Positions 1-15,000 of a stretch of DNA of 64,000 bases are shown here, in pieces. Both the position numbers and the translations under genes were made by a program. Origin of the DNA: Eledone cirrhosa (Eukaryota); the NCBI GenBank assembly GCA_964016885.1, contig OZ024740.1, forward strand, positions 33,728,001 to 33,792,000, given 5' to 3'. The stretch's first letter is position 1; every line of letters begins with the position of its first letter. The notes below the pieces were generated by a model. That model was not told the origin of the DNA. It saw only the letters and a program-made list of their open reading frames with translations, and did no database searches.

Positions 1-3000
1 CTTCCAACTCTCTCTCTTACCATCAACCATCTTTACTGCTATCTTCCAACTCTCTCTTACCATCAACCATCTTTACTGCCATCTTCCAACTCTCTCTTAC
101 CATCAACCATCTTTACTGCTATCTTCCAACTCTCTCTTACCATCTTTACTGCTATCTTCTAACTCTCTCTTACCATCAACCATCTTTACTGCTATCTTCC
201 AACTCTCTCTCTTACCATCAACCATCTTTACTGCTATCTTCCAACTCTCTCTCTTACCATCAACCATCTTTACTGCTATCTTCCAACCCTCTCTTACCAT
301 CAACCATCTTTACTGCTATCTTCCAACTCTCTCTTACCATCAACCATCTTTACTGCTATCTTCCAACTCTCTCTCTTACCATCAACCATCTTTACTGCTA
401 TCTTCCAACTGTCTCTTACCATCAACCATCTTTACTGATATCTTCCAACTCTCTCTTACCAATAACCATCTTTACTGCTATCTTCCAACTCTCTCTCTTA
501 CCAATAACCATCTTTACTGCCATCTTCCAACTCTCTCTTACCATCAACCATCTTTTCTGCTATCTTCCAACTCTCTCTCTTACCATCAACCCTCTTTACT
601 GCTATCTTCCAACTCTCTCTTACCATCAACCATCTTTACTGCTATCTTCTAACTCTCTCTTACCATCAACCATCTTTACTGCTACCTTCCAACTCTCTCT
701 TACCATCAACCATCTTTACTGCTATCTTCCAACTCTCTCTTACCAATAACCATCTTTACTGCTATCTTCCAACTCTCTCTTACCATCAACCATCTTTACT
801 GCTATTTTCCAACTCTCTCTTACCATCAACCATCTTTACTGCTATTTTCCAACTCTCTCTTACCATCAACCATCTTTACTGCTATCTTCCAACTCTCTCT
901 TACCATCAACTATCTTTACTGCTATCTTCCAACTCTCTCTTACCATCAACCATCTTTACTGCTACCTTCCAAGTCTCTCTTACCATCAACCATCTTTACT
1001 GCTATCTTCCAACTCTCTCTTACCATCAACCATCTTTACTGCTATCTTCCAACTCTCTCTTACCATCAACTATCTTTACTGCTATCTTCCAACTCTCTCT
1101 TACCATCAACCATCTTTACTGCTAACTTCCAACTCTCTCTTACCAATAACCATCTTTACTGCTATCTTCCAACTCTCTCTTACCATCAACCATCTTTACT
1201 GCTATCTTCCAACTCTCTCTTACCATCAACCATCTTTACTGCTATCTTCCAACTCTCTCTCTTACCATCAACCATCTTTACTGCTACCTTCCAACTCTCT
1301 CTTACCATCAACCATCTTTACTGCTATCTTCTAACTCTCTCTTACCATCAACCATCTTTACTGCTATCTTCCAACTCTCTCTTACCATCAACCATCTTTA
1401 CTGCTATCTTCCAACACTCTCTTACCATCAACCATCTTTACTGCTATTTTCCAACTGTCTCTAACCATCAACCATCTTTACTGCTATCTTCCAACTCTCT
1501 CTTACCATCAACCATCTTTACTGCTATCTTCCAACACTCTCTTACCATCAACCATCTTTACTGCTATCTTCCAACTCTCTCTTACCATCAACCATCTTTA
1601 CTGCTATCTTCCAACTGTCTCTAACCATCAACCATCTTTACTGCTATCTTCCAACTCTCTCTTACCATCAACCATCTTTACTGCTATCTTCCAACGCTCT
1701 CTTACCATCAACCATCTTTACTGCTATCTTCCAACTCTCTCTTACCAATAACCATCTTTACTGCTATCCTCTAACTCTCTCTTACCATCAACCATCTTTA
1801 CTGCTATCTTCCAACTCTCTCTTACCGTCAACCATCTTTACTGCTATCTTCCAACTCTCTCTTACCAATAACCATCTTTACTGCTATCTTCTAACTCTCT
1901 CTTACCATCAACCATCTTTACTGCTATCTTCCAACTCTCTCTTACCAATAACCATCTTTACTGCCATCTTCCAACTCTCTCTTACCATCAACCATCTTTT
2001 CTGCTATCTTCCAACTCTCTCTCTTACCATCAACCCTCTTTACTGCTATCTTCCAACTCTCTCTTACCATCAACCATCTTTACTGCTATCTTCTAACTCT
2101 CTCTTACCATCAACCATCTTTACTGCTACCTTCCAACTCTCTCTTACCATCAACCATCTTTACTGCTATCTTCCAACTCTCTCTTACCAATAACCATCTT
2201 TACTGCTATCTTCCAACTCTCTCTTACCATCAACCATCTTTACTGCTATTTTCCAACTCTCTCTTACCATCAACCATCTTTACTGCTATCTTCCAACTCT
2301 CTCTTACCATCAACTATCTTTACTGCTATCTTCCAACTCTCTCTTACCATCAACCATCTTTACTGCTACCTTCCAAGTCTCTCTTACCATCAACCATCTT
2401 TACTGCTATCTTCCAACGCTCTCTTACCATCAACCATCTTTACTGCTATCTTCCAACTCTCTCTTACCATCAACTATCTTTACTGCTATCTTCCAACTCT
2501 CTCTTACCATCAACCATCTTTACTGCTAACTTCCAACTCTCTCTTACCAATAACCATCTTTACTGCTATCTTCCAACTCTCTCTTACCATCAACCATCTT
2601 TACTGCTATCTTCCAACTCTCTCTTACCATCAACCATCTTTACTGCTATCTTCCAACTCTCTCTTACCATCAACCATCTTTACTGCTATCTTCCAACTCT
2701 CTCTTACCATCAACCATCTTTACTGCTATCTTCCAACTCTCTCTTACCATCAACCATCTTTACTGCTATCTTCCAACTCTCTCTTACCATCAATCATCTT
2801 TACTGCTATCTTCCAACTCTCTCTTACCGTCAACCATCTTTACTGCTACCTTCCAACTCTCACTTACCATCAACCATCTTTACTGCTATCTTCCAACTCT
2901 CTCTTACCATCAACCATCTTTACTGCTATCTTCCAACTCTCTCTTACCATCAACCATCTTTACTGCTATCTTCCAACTCTCTCTTACCATCAACCATCTT

Positions 3001-6000
3001 TACTGCTATCTTCCAACTCTCTCTTACCATCAACCATCTTTACTGCTACCTTCCAACTCTCTCTTACCATCAACCATCTTTACTGCTATCTTCCAACTCT
3101 CTCTTACCAATAACCCTCTTTACTGCTACCTTCCAACTCTCACTTACCATCAACCATCTTTACTGCTATCTTCCAACTCTCTCTTACCAATAACCCTCTT
3201 TACTGCTACCTTCCAACTCTCACTTACCATCAACCATCTTTACTGCTATCTTCCAACTCTCTCTTACCATCAACCATCTTTACTGCCATCTTCCAACTCT
3301 CTCTTACCATCAACCATCTTTACTGCTATCTTCCAACTCTCTCTTACCATCTTTACTGCTATCTTCTAACTCTCTCTTACCATCAACCATCTTTACTGCT
3401 ATCTTCCAACTCTCTCTCTTGCCATCAACCATCTTTACTGCTACCTTCCAACCCTCTCTCTTACCATCAACCATCTTTACTGCTATCTTCCAACTCTCTC
3501 TCTTACCATCAACCATCTTTACTGCTATCTTCCAACTCTCTCTCTTACCATCAACCATCTTTACTGCTATCTTCCAACTCTCTCTTACCATCAACCATCT
3601 TTACTGCCATCTTCCAACTCTCTCTTACCATCAACCATCTTTACTGCTATCTTCCAACTCTCTCTTACCATCTTTACTGCTATCTTCTAACTCTCTCTTA
3701 CCATCAACCATCTTTACTGCTATCTTCCAACTCTCTCTCTTACCATCAACCATCTTTACTGCTATCTTCCAACTCTCTCTCTTACCATCAACCATCTTTA
3801 CTGCTATCTTCCAACCCTCTCTTACCATCAACCATCTTTACTGCTATCTTCCAACTCTCTCTTACCATCAACCATCTTTACTGCTATCTTCCAACTCTCT
3901 CTCTTACCATCAACCATCTTTACTGCTATCTTCCAACTGTCTCTTACCATCAACCATCTTTACTGATATCTTCCAACTCTCTCTTACCAATAACCATCTT
4001 TACTGCTATCTTCCAACTCTCTCTCTTACCAATAACCATCTTTACTGCCATCTTCCAACTCTCTCTTACCATCAACCATCTTTTCTGCTATCTTCCAACT
4101 CTCTCTCTTACCATCAACCCTCTTTACTGCTATCTTCCAACTCTCTCTTACCATCAACCATCTTTACTGCTATCTTCTAACTCTCTCTTACCATCAACCA
4201 TCTTTACTGCTACCTTCCAACTCTCTCTTACCATCAACCATCTTTACTGCTATCTTCCAACTCTCTCTTACCAATAACCATCTTTACTGCTATCTTCCAA
4301 CTCTCTCTTACCATCAACCATCTTTACTGCTATTTTCCAACTCTCTCTTACCATCAACCATCTTTACTGCTATTTTCCAACTCTCTCTTACCATCAACCA
4401 TCTTTACTGCTATCTTCCAACTCTCTCTTACCATCAACTATCTTTACTGCTATCTTCCAACTCTCTCTTACCATCAACCATCTTTACTGCTACCTTCCAA
4501 GTCTCTCTTACCATCAACCATCTTTACTGCTATCTTCCAACTCTCTCTTACCATCAACCATCTTTACTGCTATCTTCCAACTCTCTCTTACCATCAACTA
4601 TCTTTACTGCTATCTTCCAACTCTCTCTTACCATCAACCATCTTTACTGCTAACTTCCAACTCTCTCTTACCAATAACCATCTTTACTGCTATCTTCCAA
4701 CTCTCTCTTACCATCAACCATCTTTACTGCTATCTTCCAACTCTCTCTTACCATCAACCATCTTTACTGCTATCTTCCAACTCTCTCTCTTACCATCAAC
4801 CATCTTTACTGCTACCTTCCAACTCTCTCTTACCATCAACCATCTTTACTGCTATCTTCTAACTCTCTCTTACCATCAACCATCTTTACTGCTATCTTCC
4901 AACTCTCTCTTACCATCAACCATCTTTACTGCTATCTTCCAACACTCTCTTACCATCAACCATCTTTACTGCTATTTTCCAACTGTCTCTAACCATCAAC
5001 CATCTTTACTGCTATCTTCCAACTCTCTCTTACCATCAACCATCTTTACTGCTATCTTCCAACACTCTCTTACCATCAACCATCTTTACTGCTATCTTCC
5101 AACTCTCTCTTACCATCAACCATCTTTACTGCTATCTTCCAACTGTCTCTAACCATCAACCATCTTTACTGCTATCTTCCAACTCTCTCTTACCATCAAC
5201 CATCTTTACTGCTATCTTCCAACGCTCTCTTACCATCAACCATCTTTACTGCTATCTTCCAACTCTCTCTTACCAATAACCATCTTTACTGCTATCCTCT
5301 AACTCTCTCTTACCATCAACCATCTTTACTGCTATCTTCCAACTCTCTCTTACCGTCAACCATCTTTACTGCTATCTTCCAACTCTCTCTTACCAATAAC
5401 CATCTTTACTGCTATCTTCTAACTCTTACCATCAACCATCTTTACTGCTATCTTCCAACTCTCTCTTACCAATAACCATCTTTACTGCCATCTTCCAACT
5501 CTCTCTTACCATCAACCATCTTTTCTGCTATCTTCCAACTCTCTCTCTTACCATCAACCCTCTTTACTGCTATCTTCCAACTCTCTCTTACCATCAACCA
5601 TCTTTACTGCTATCTTCTAACTCTCTCTTACCATCAACCATCTTTACTGCTACCTTCCAACTCTCTCTTACCATCAACCATCTTTACTGCTATCTTCCAA
5701 CTCTCTCTTACCAATAACCATCTTTACTGCTATCTTCCAACTCTCTCTTACCATCAACCATCTTTACTGCTATTTTCCAACTCTCTCTTACCATCAACCA
5801 TCTTTACTGCTATCTTCCAACTCTCTCTTACCATCAACTATCTTTACTGCTATCTTCCAACTCTCTCTTACCATCAACCATCTTTACTGCTACCTTCCAA
5901 GTCTCTCTTACCATCAACCATCTTTACTGCTATCTTCCAACGCTCTCTTACCATCAACCATCTTTACTGCTATCTTCCAACTCTCTCTTACCATCAACTA

Positions 6001-9000
6001 TCTTTACTGCTATCTTCCAACTCTCTCTTACCATCAACCATCTTTACTGCTAACTTCCAACTCTCTCTTACCAATAACCCTCTTTACTGCTATCTTCTAA
6101 CTCTCTCTTACCAATAACCCTCTTTACTGCTATCTTCCAACTCTCTCTTACCAATAACCCTCTTTACTGCTATCTTCTAACTCTCTCTTACCATCAACCA
6201 TCTTTACTGCTATCTTCCAACTCTCTCTTACCATCAACCATCTTTACTGCTATCTTCCAACTCTCTCTTACCATCAACCCTCTTTACTGCTATCTTCTAA
6301 CTCTCTCTTACCATCAACCATCTTTACTGCTATCTTCCAACTCTCTCTTACCAATAACCCTCTTTACTGCTATCTTCTAACTCTCTCTTATCCTTCAAAC
6401 ATCTTTACTGCTATCTTCCAACTCTCTCTCTTACCATCAACCATCTTTACTGCTATCTTCCAACTCTCTCTTACCAATAACCCTCTTTACTGCTATCTTC
6501 CAACTCTCTCTTACCAATAACCCTCTTTACTGCTATCTTCTAACTCTCTCTTACCATCAAACATCTTTACTGCTACCTTCCAACTCTCACTTACCATCAA
6601 CCATCTTTACTGCTATCTTCCAACTCTCTCTTACCAATAACCCTCTTTACTGCTACCTTCCAACTCTCACTTACCATCAACCATCTTTACTGCTATCTTC
6701 CAACTCTCTCTTACCAATAACCCTCTTTACTGCTACCTTCCAACTCTCTCTTACCATCAACCATCTTTACTGCTATCTTCCAACTCTCTCTTACCAATAA
6801 CCCTCTTTACTGCTACCTTCCAACTCTCACTTACCATCAACCATCTTTACTGCTATCTTCCAACTCTCTCTTACCAATAACCCTCTTTACTGCTACCTTC
6901 CAACTCTCACTTACCATCAACCATCTTTACTGCTATCTTCCAACTCTCTCTTACCATCAACCATCTTTACTGCCATCTTCCAACTCTCTCTTACCATCAA
7001 CCATCTTTACTGCTATCTTCCAACTCTCTCTTACCATCTTTACTGCTATCTTCTAACTCTCTCTTACCATCAACCATCTTTACTGCTATCTTCCAACTCT
7101 CTCTCTTACCATCAACCATCTTTACTGCTACCTTCCAACCCTCTCTCTTACCATCAACCATCTTTACTGCTATCTTCCAACTCTCTCTCTTACCATCAAC
7201 CATCTTTACTGCTATCTTCCAACTCTCTCTCTTACCATCAACCATCTTTACTGCTATCTTCCAACTCTCTCTTACCATCAACCATCTTTACTGCCATCTT
7301 CCAACTCTCTCTTACCATCAACCATCTTTACTGCTATCTTCCAACTCTCTCTTACCATCTTTACTGCTATCTTCTAACTCTCTCTTACCATCAACCATCT
7401 TTACTGCTATCTTCCAACTCTCTCTCTTACCATCAACCATCTTTACTGCTATCTTCCAACTCTCTCTCTTACCATCAACCATCTTTACTGCTATCTTCCA
7501 ACCCTCTCTTACCATCAACCATCTTTACTGCTATCTTCCAACTCTCTCTTACCATCAACCATCTTTACTGCTATCTTCCAACTCTCTCTCTTACCATCAA
7601 CCATCTTTACTGCTATCTTCCAACTGTCTCTTACCATCAACCATCTTTACTGATATCTTCCAACTCTCTCTTACCAATAACCATCTTTACTGCTATCTTC
7701 CAACTCTCTCTCTTACCAATAACCATCTTTACTGCCATCTTCCAACTCTCTCTTACCATCAACCATCTTTTCTGCTATCTTCCAACTCTCTCTCTTACCA
7801 TCAACCCTCTTTACTGCTATCTTCCAACTCTCTCTTACCATCAACCATCTTTACTGCTATCTTCTAACTCTCTCTTACCATCAACCATCTTTACTGCTAC
7901 CTTCCAACTCTCTCTTACCATCAACCATCTTTACTGCTATCTTCCAACTCTCTCTTACCAATAACCATCTTTACTGCTATCTTCCAACTCTCTCTTACCA
8001 TCAACCATCTTTACTGCTATTTTCCAACTCTCTCTTACCATCAACCATCTTTACTGCTATTTTCCAACTCTCTCTTACCATCAACCATCTTTACTGCTAT
8101 CTTCCAACTCTCTCTTACCATCAACTATCTTTACTGCTATCTTCCAACTCTCTCTTACCATCAACCATCTTTACTGCTACCTTCCAAGTCTCTCTTACCA
8201 TCAACCATCTTTACTGCTATCTTCCAACTCTCTCTTACCATCAACCATCTTTACTGCTATCTTCCAACTCTCTCTTACCATCAACTATCTTTACTGCTAT
8301 CTTCCAACTCTCTCTTACCATCAACCATCTTTACTGCTAACTTCCAACTCTCTCTTACCAATAACCATCTTTACTGCTATCTTCCAACTCTCTCTTACCA
8401 TCAACCATCTTTACTGCTATCTTCCAACTCTCTCTTACCATCAACCATCTTTACTGCTATCTTCCAACTCTCTCTCTTACCATCAACCATCTTTACTGCT
8501 ACCTTCCAACTCTCTCTTACCATCAACCATCTTTACTGCTATCTTCTAACTCTCTCTTACCATCAACCATCTTTACTGCTATCTTCCAACTCTCTCTTAC
8601 CATCAACCATCTTTACTGCTATCTTCCAACACTCTCTTACCATCAACCATCTTTACTGCTATTTTCCAACTGTCTCTAACCATCAACCATCTTTACTGCT
8701 ATCTTCCAACTCTCTCTTACCATCAACCATCTTTACTGCCATCTTCCAACTCTCTCTTACCATCAACCATCTTTACTGCTATCTTCCAACTCTCTCTTAC
8801 CATCTTTACTGCTATCTTCTAACTCTCTCTTACCATCAACCATCTTTACTGCTATCTTCCAACTCTCTCTCTTACCATCAACCATCTTTACTGCTACCTT
8901 CCAACCCTCTCTCTTACCATCAACCATATTTACTGCTATCTTCCAACTCTCTCTCTTACCATCAACCATCTTTACTGCTATCTTCCAACTCTCTCTCTTA

Positions 9001-12000
9001 CCATCAACCATCTTTACTGCTATCTTCCAACTCTCTCTTACCATCAACCATCTTTACTGCCATCTTCCAACTCTCTCTTACCATCAACCATCTTTACTGC
9101 TATCTTCCAACTCTCTCTTACCATCTTTACTGCTATCTTCTAACTCTCTCTTACCATCAACCATCTTTACTGCTATCTTCCAACTCTCTCTCTTACCATC
9201 AACCATCTTTACTGCTATCTTCCAACTCTCTCTCTTACCATCAACCATCTTTACTGCTATCTTCCAACCCTCTCTTACCATCAACCATCTTTACTGCTAT
9301 CTTCCAACTCTCTCTTACCATCAACCATCTTTACTGCTATCTTCCAACTCTCTCTCTTACCATCAACCATCTTTACTGCTATCTTCCAACTGTCTCTTAC
9401 CATCAACCATCTTTACTGATATCTTCCAACTCTCTCTTACCAATAACCATCTTTACTGCTATCTTCCAACTCTCTCTCTTACCAATAACCATCTTTACTG
9501 CCATCTTCCAACTCTCTCTTACCATCAACCATCTTTTCTGCTATCTTCCAACTCTCTCTCTTACCATCAACCCTCTTTACTGCTATCTTCCAACTCTCTC
9601 TTACCATCAACCATCTTTACTGCTATCTTCTAACTCTCTCTTACCATCAACCATCTTTACTGCTACCTTCCAACTCTCTCTTACCATCAACCATCTTTAC
9701 TGCTATCTTCCAACTCTCTCTTACCAATAACCATCTTTACTGCTATCTTCCAACTCTCTCTTACCATCAACCATCTTTACTGCTATTTTCCAACTCTCTC
9801 TTACCATCAACCATCTTTACTGCTATTTTCCAACTCTCTCTTACCATCAACCATCTTTACTGCTATCTTCCAACTCTCTCTTACCATCAACTATCTTTAC
9901 TGCTATCTTCCAACTCTCTCTTACCATCAACCATCTTTACTGCTACCTTCCAAGTCTCTCTTACCATCAACCATCTTTACTGCTATCTTCCAACTCTCTC
10001 TTACCATCAACCATCTTTACTGCTATCTTCCAACTCTCTCTTACCATCAACTATCTTTACTGCTATCTTCCAACTCTCTCTTACCATCAACCATCTTTAC
10101 TGCTAACTTCCAACTCTCTCTTACCAATAACCATCTTTACTGCTATCTTCCAACTCTCTCTTACCATCAACCATCTTTACTGCTATCTTCCAACTCTCTC
10201 TTACCATCAACCATCTTTACTGCTATCTTCCAACTCTCTCTCTTACCATCAACCATCTTTACTGCTACCTTCCAACTCTCTCTTACCATCAACCATCTTT
10301 ACTGCTATCTTCTAACTCTCTCTTACCATCAACCATCTTTACTGCTATCTTCCAACTCTCTCTTACCATCAACCATCTTTACTGCTATCTTCCAACACTC
10401 TCTTACCATCAACCATCTTTACTGCTATTTTCCAACTGTCTCTAACCATCAACCATCTTTACTGCTATCTTCCAACTCTCTCTTACCATCAACCATCTTT
10501 ACTGCTATCTTCCAACACTCTCTTACCATCAACCATCTTTACTGCTATCTTCCAACTCTCTCTTACCATCAACCATCTTTACTGCTATCTTCCAACTGTC
10601 TCTAACCATCAACCATCTTTACTGCTATCTTCCAACTCTCTCTTACCATCAACCATCTTTACTGCTATCTTCCAACGCTCTCTTACCATCAACCATCTTT
10701 ACTGCTATCTTCCAACTCTCTCTTACCAATAACCATCTTTACTGCTATCCTCTAACTCTCTCTTACCATCAACCATCTTTACTGCTATCTTCCAACTCTC
10801 TCTTACCGTCAACCATCTTTACTGCTATCTTCCAACTCTCTCTTACCAATAACCATCTTTACTGCTATCTTCTAACTCTCTCTTACCATCAACCATCTTT
10901 ACTGCTATCTTCCAACTCTCTCTTACCAATAACCATCTTTACTGCCATCTTCCAACTCTCTCTTACCATCAACCATCTTTTCTGCTATCTTCCAACTCTC
11001 TCTCTTACCATCAACCCTCTTTACTGCTATCTTCCAACTCTCTCTTACCATCAACCATCTTTACTGCTATCTTCTAACTCTCTCTTACCATCAACCATCT
11101 TTACTGCTACCTTCCAACTCTCTCTTACCATCAACCATCTTTACTGCTATCTTCCAACTCTCTCTTACCAATAACCATCTTTACTGCTATCTTCCAACTC
11201 TCTCTTACCATCAACCATCTTTACTGCTATTTTCCAACTCTCTCTTACCATCAACCATCTTTACTGCTATCTTCCAACTCTCTCTTACCATCAACTATCT
11301 TTACTGCTATCTTCCAACTCTCTCTTACCATCAACCATCTTTACTGCTACCTTCCAAGTCTCTCTTACCATCAACCATCTTTACTGCTATCTTCCAACGC
11401 TCTCTTACCATCAACCATCTTTACTGCTATCTTCCAACTCTCTCTTACCATCAACTATCTTTACTGCTATCTTCCAACTCTCTCTTACCATCAACCATCT
11501 TTACTGCTAACTTCCAACTCTCTCTTACCAATAACCATCTTTACTGCTATCTTCCAACTCTCTCTTACCATCAACCATCTTTACTGCTATCTTCCAACTC
11601 TCTCTTACCATCAACCATCTTTACTGCTATCTTCCAACTCTCTCTTACCATCAACCATCTTTACTGCTATCTTCCAACTCTCTCTTACCATCAACCATCT
11701 TTACTGCTATCTTCCAACTCTCTCTTACCATCAACCATCTTTACTGCTATCTTCCAACTCTCTCTTACCATCAATCATCTTTACTGCTATCTTCCAACTC
11801 TCTCTTACCGTCAACCATCTTTACTGCTACCTTCCAACTCTCACTTACCATCAACCATCTTTACTGCTATCTTCCAACTCTCTCTTACCATCAACCATCT
11901 TTACTGCTATCTTCCAACTCTCTCTTACCATCAACCATCTTTACTGCTATCTTCCAACTCTCTCTTACCATCAACCATCTTTACTGCTATCTTCCAACTC

Positions 12001-15000
12001 TCTCTTACCATCAACCATCTTTACTGCTACCTTCCAACTCTCTCTTACCATCAACCATCTTTACTGCTATCTTCCAACTCTCTCTTACCAATAACCCTCT
12101 TTACTGCTACCTTCCAACTCTCACTTACCATCAACCATCTTTACTGCTATCTTCCAACTCTCTCTTACCAATAACCCTCTTTACTGCTACCTTCCAACTC
12201 TCACTTACCATCAACCATCTTTACTGCTATCTTCCAACTCTCTCTTACCATCAACCATCTTTACTGCCATCTTCCAACTCTCTCTTACCATCAACCATCT
12301 TTACTGCTATCTTCCAACTCTCTCTTACCATCTTTACTGCTATCTTCTAACTCTCTCTTACCATCAACCATCTTTACTGCTATCTTCCAACTCTCTCTCT
12401 TGCCATCAACCATCTTTACTGCTACCTTCCAACCCTCTCTCTTACCATCAACCATCTTTACTGCTATCTTCCAACTCTCTCTCTTACCATCAACCATCTT
12501 TACTGCTATCTTCCAACTCTCTCTCTTACCATCAACCATCTTTACTGCTATCTTCCAACTCTCTCTTACCATCAACCATCTTTACTGCCATCTTCCAACT
12601 CTCTCTTACCATCAACCATCTTTACTGCTATCTTCCAACTCTCTCTTACCATCTTTACTGCTATCTTCTAACTCTCTCTTACCATCAACCATCTTTACTG
12701 CTATCTTCCAACTCTCTCTCTTACCATCAACCATCTTTACTGCTATCTTCCAACTCTCTCTCTTACCATCAACCATCTTTACTGCTATCTTCCAACCCTC
12801 TCTTACCATCAACCATCTTTACTGCTATCTTCCAACTCTCTCTTACCATCAACCATCTTTACTGCTATCTTCCAACTCTCTCTCTTACCATCAACCATCT
12901 TTACTGCTATCTTCCAACTGTCTCTTACCATCAACCATCTTTACTGATATCTTCCAACTCTCTCTTACCAATAACCATCTTTACTGCTATCTTCCAACTC
13001 TCTCTCTTACCAATAACCATCTTTACTGCCATCTTCCAACTCTCTCTTACCATCAACCATCTTTTCTGCTATCTTCCAACTCTCTCTCTTACCATCAACC
13101 CTCTTTACTGCTATCTTCCAACTCTCTCTTACCATCAACCATCTTTACTGCTATCTTCTAACTCTCTCTTACCATCAACCATCTTTACTGCTACCTTCCA
13201 ACTCTCTCTTACCATCAACCATCTTTACTGCTATCTTCCAACTCTCTCTTACCAATAACCATCTTTACTGCTATCTTCCAACTCTCTCTTACCATCAACC
13301 ATCTTTACTGCTATTTTCCAACTCTCTCTTACCATCAACCATCTTTACTGCTATTTTCCAACTCTCTCTTACCATCAACCATCTTTACTGCTATCTTCCA
13401 ACTCTCTCTTACCATCAACTATCTTTACTGCTATCTTCCAACTCTCTCTTACCATCAACCATCTTTACTGCTACCTTCCAAGTCTCTCTTACCATCAACC
13501 ATCTTTACTGCTATCTTCCAACTCTCTCTTACCATCAACCATCTTTACTGCTATCTTCCAACTCTCTCTTACCATCAACTATCTTTACTGCTATCTTCCA
13601 ACTCTCTCTTACCATCAACCATCTTTACTGCTAACTTCCAACTCTCTCTTACCAATAACCATCTTTACTGGTATCTTCCAACTCTCTCTTACCATCAACC
13701 ATCTTTACTGCTATCTTCCAACTCTCTCTTACCATCAACCATCTTTACTGCTATCTTCCAACTCTCTCTCTTACCATCAACCATCTTTACTGCTACCTTC
13801 CAACTCTCTCTTACCATCAACCATCTTTACTGCTATCTTCTAACTCTCTCTTACCATCAACCATCTTTACTGCTATCTTCCAACTCTCTCTTACCATCAA
13901 CCATCTTTACTGCTATCTTCCAACACTCTCTTACCATCAACCATCTTTACTGCTATTTTCCAACTGTCTCTAACCATCAACCATCTTTACTGCTATCTTC
14001 CAACTCTCTCTTACCATCAACCATCTTTACTGCTATCTTCCAACACTCTCTTACCATCAACCATCTTTACTGCTATCTTCCAACTCTCTCTTACCATCAA
14101 CCATCTTTACTGCTATCTTCCAACTGTCTCTAACCATCAACCATCTTTACTGCTATCTTCCAACTCTCTCTTACCATCAACCATCTTTACTGCTATCTTC
14201 CAACGCTCTCTTACCATCAACCATCTTTACTGCTATCTTCCAACTCTCTCTTACCAATAACCATCTTTACTGCTATCCTCTAACTCTCTCTTACCATCAA
14301 CCATCTTTACTGCTATCTTCCAACTCTCTCTTACCGTCAACCATCTTTACTGCTATCTTCCAACTCTCTCTTACCAATAACCATCTTTACTGCTATCTTC
14401 TAACTCTCTCTTACCATCAACCATCTTTACTGCTATCTTCCAACTCTCTCTTACCAATAACCATCTTTACTGCCATCTTCCAACTCTCTCTTACCATCAA
14501 CCATCTTTTCTGCTATCTTCCAACTCTCTCTCTTACCATCAACCCTCTTTACTGCTATCTTCCAACTCTCTCTTACCATCAACCATCTTTACTGCTATCT
14601 TCTAACTCTCTCTTACCATCAACCATCTTTACTGCTACCTTCCAACTCTCTCTTACCATCAACCATCTTTACTGCTATCTTCCAACTCTCTCTTACCAAT
14701 AACCATCTTTACTGCTATCTTCCAACTCTCTCTTACCATCAACCATCTTTACTGCTATTTTCCAACTCTCTCTTACCATCAACCATCTTTACTGCTATCT
14801 TCCAACTCTCTCTTACCATCAACTATCTTTACTGCTATCTTCCAACTCTCTCTTACCATCAACCATCTTTACTGCTACCTTCCAAGTCTCTCTTACCATC
14901 AACCATCTTTACTGCTATCTTCCAACGCTCTCTTACCATCAACCATCTTTACTGCTATCTTCCAACTCTCTCTTACCATCAACTATCTTTACTGCTATCT

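Noticed and set aside
460-468. AATAA variant as a polyadenylation or regulatory signal
   Set aside because: The variant reads AATAAC, not AATAAA, apart from one copy at about 49140, and there is no gene context.
3419-13161. Plus-strand 253-aa ORFs at 3419-4180 and 12400-13161
   Set aside because: The start is a TTG created by a single variant. The + consensus lacks stops in all frames, so long ORFs are expected, and the protein drifts through all three frames of the monomer.
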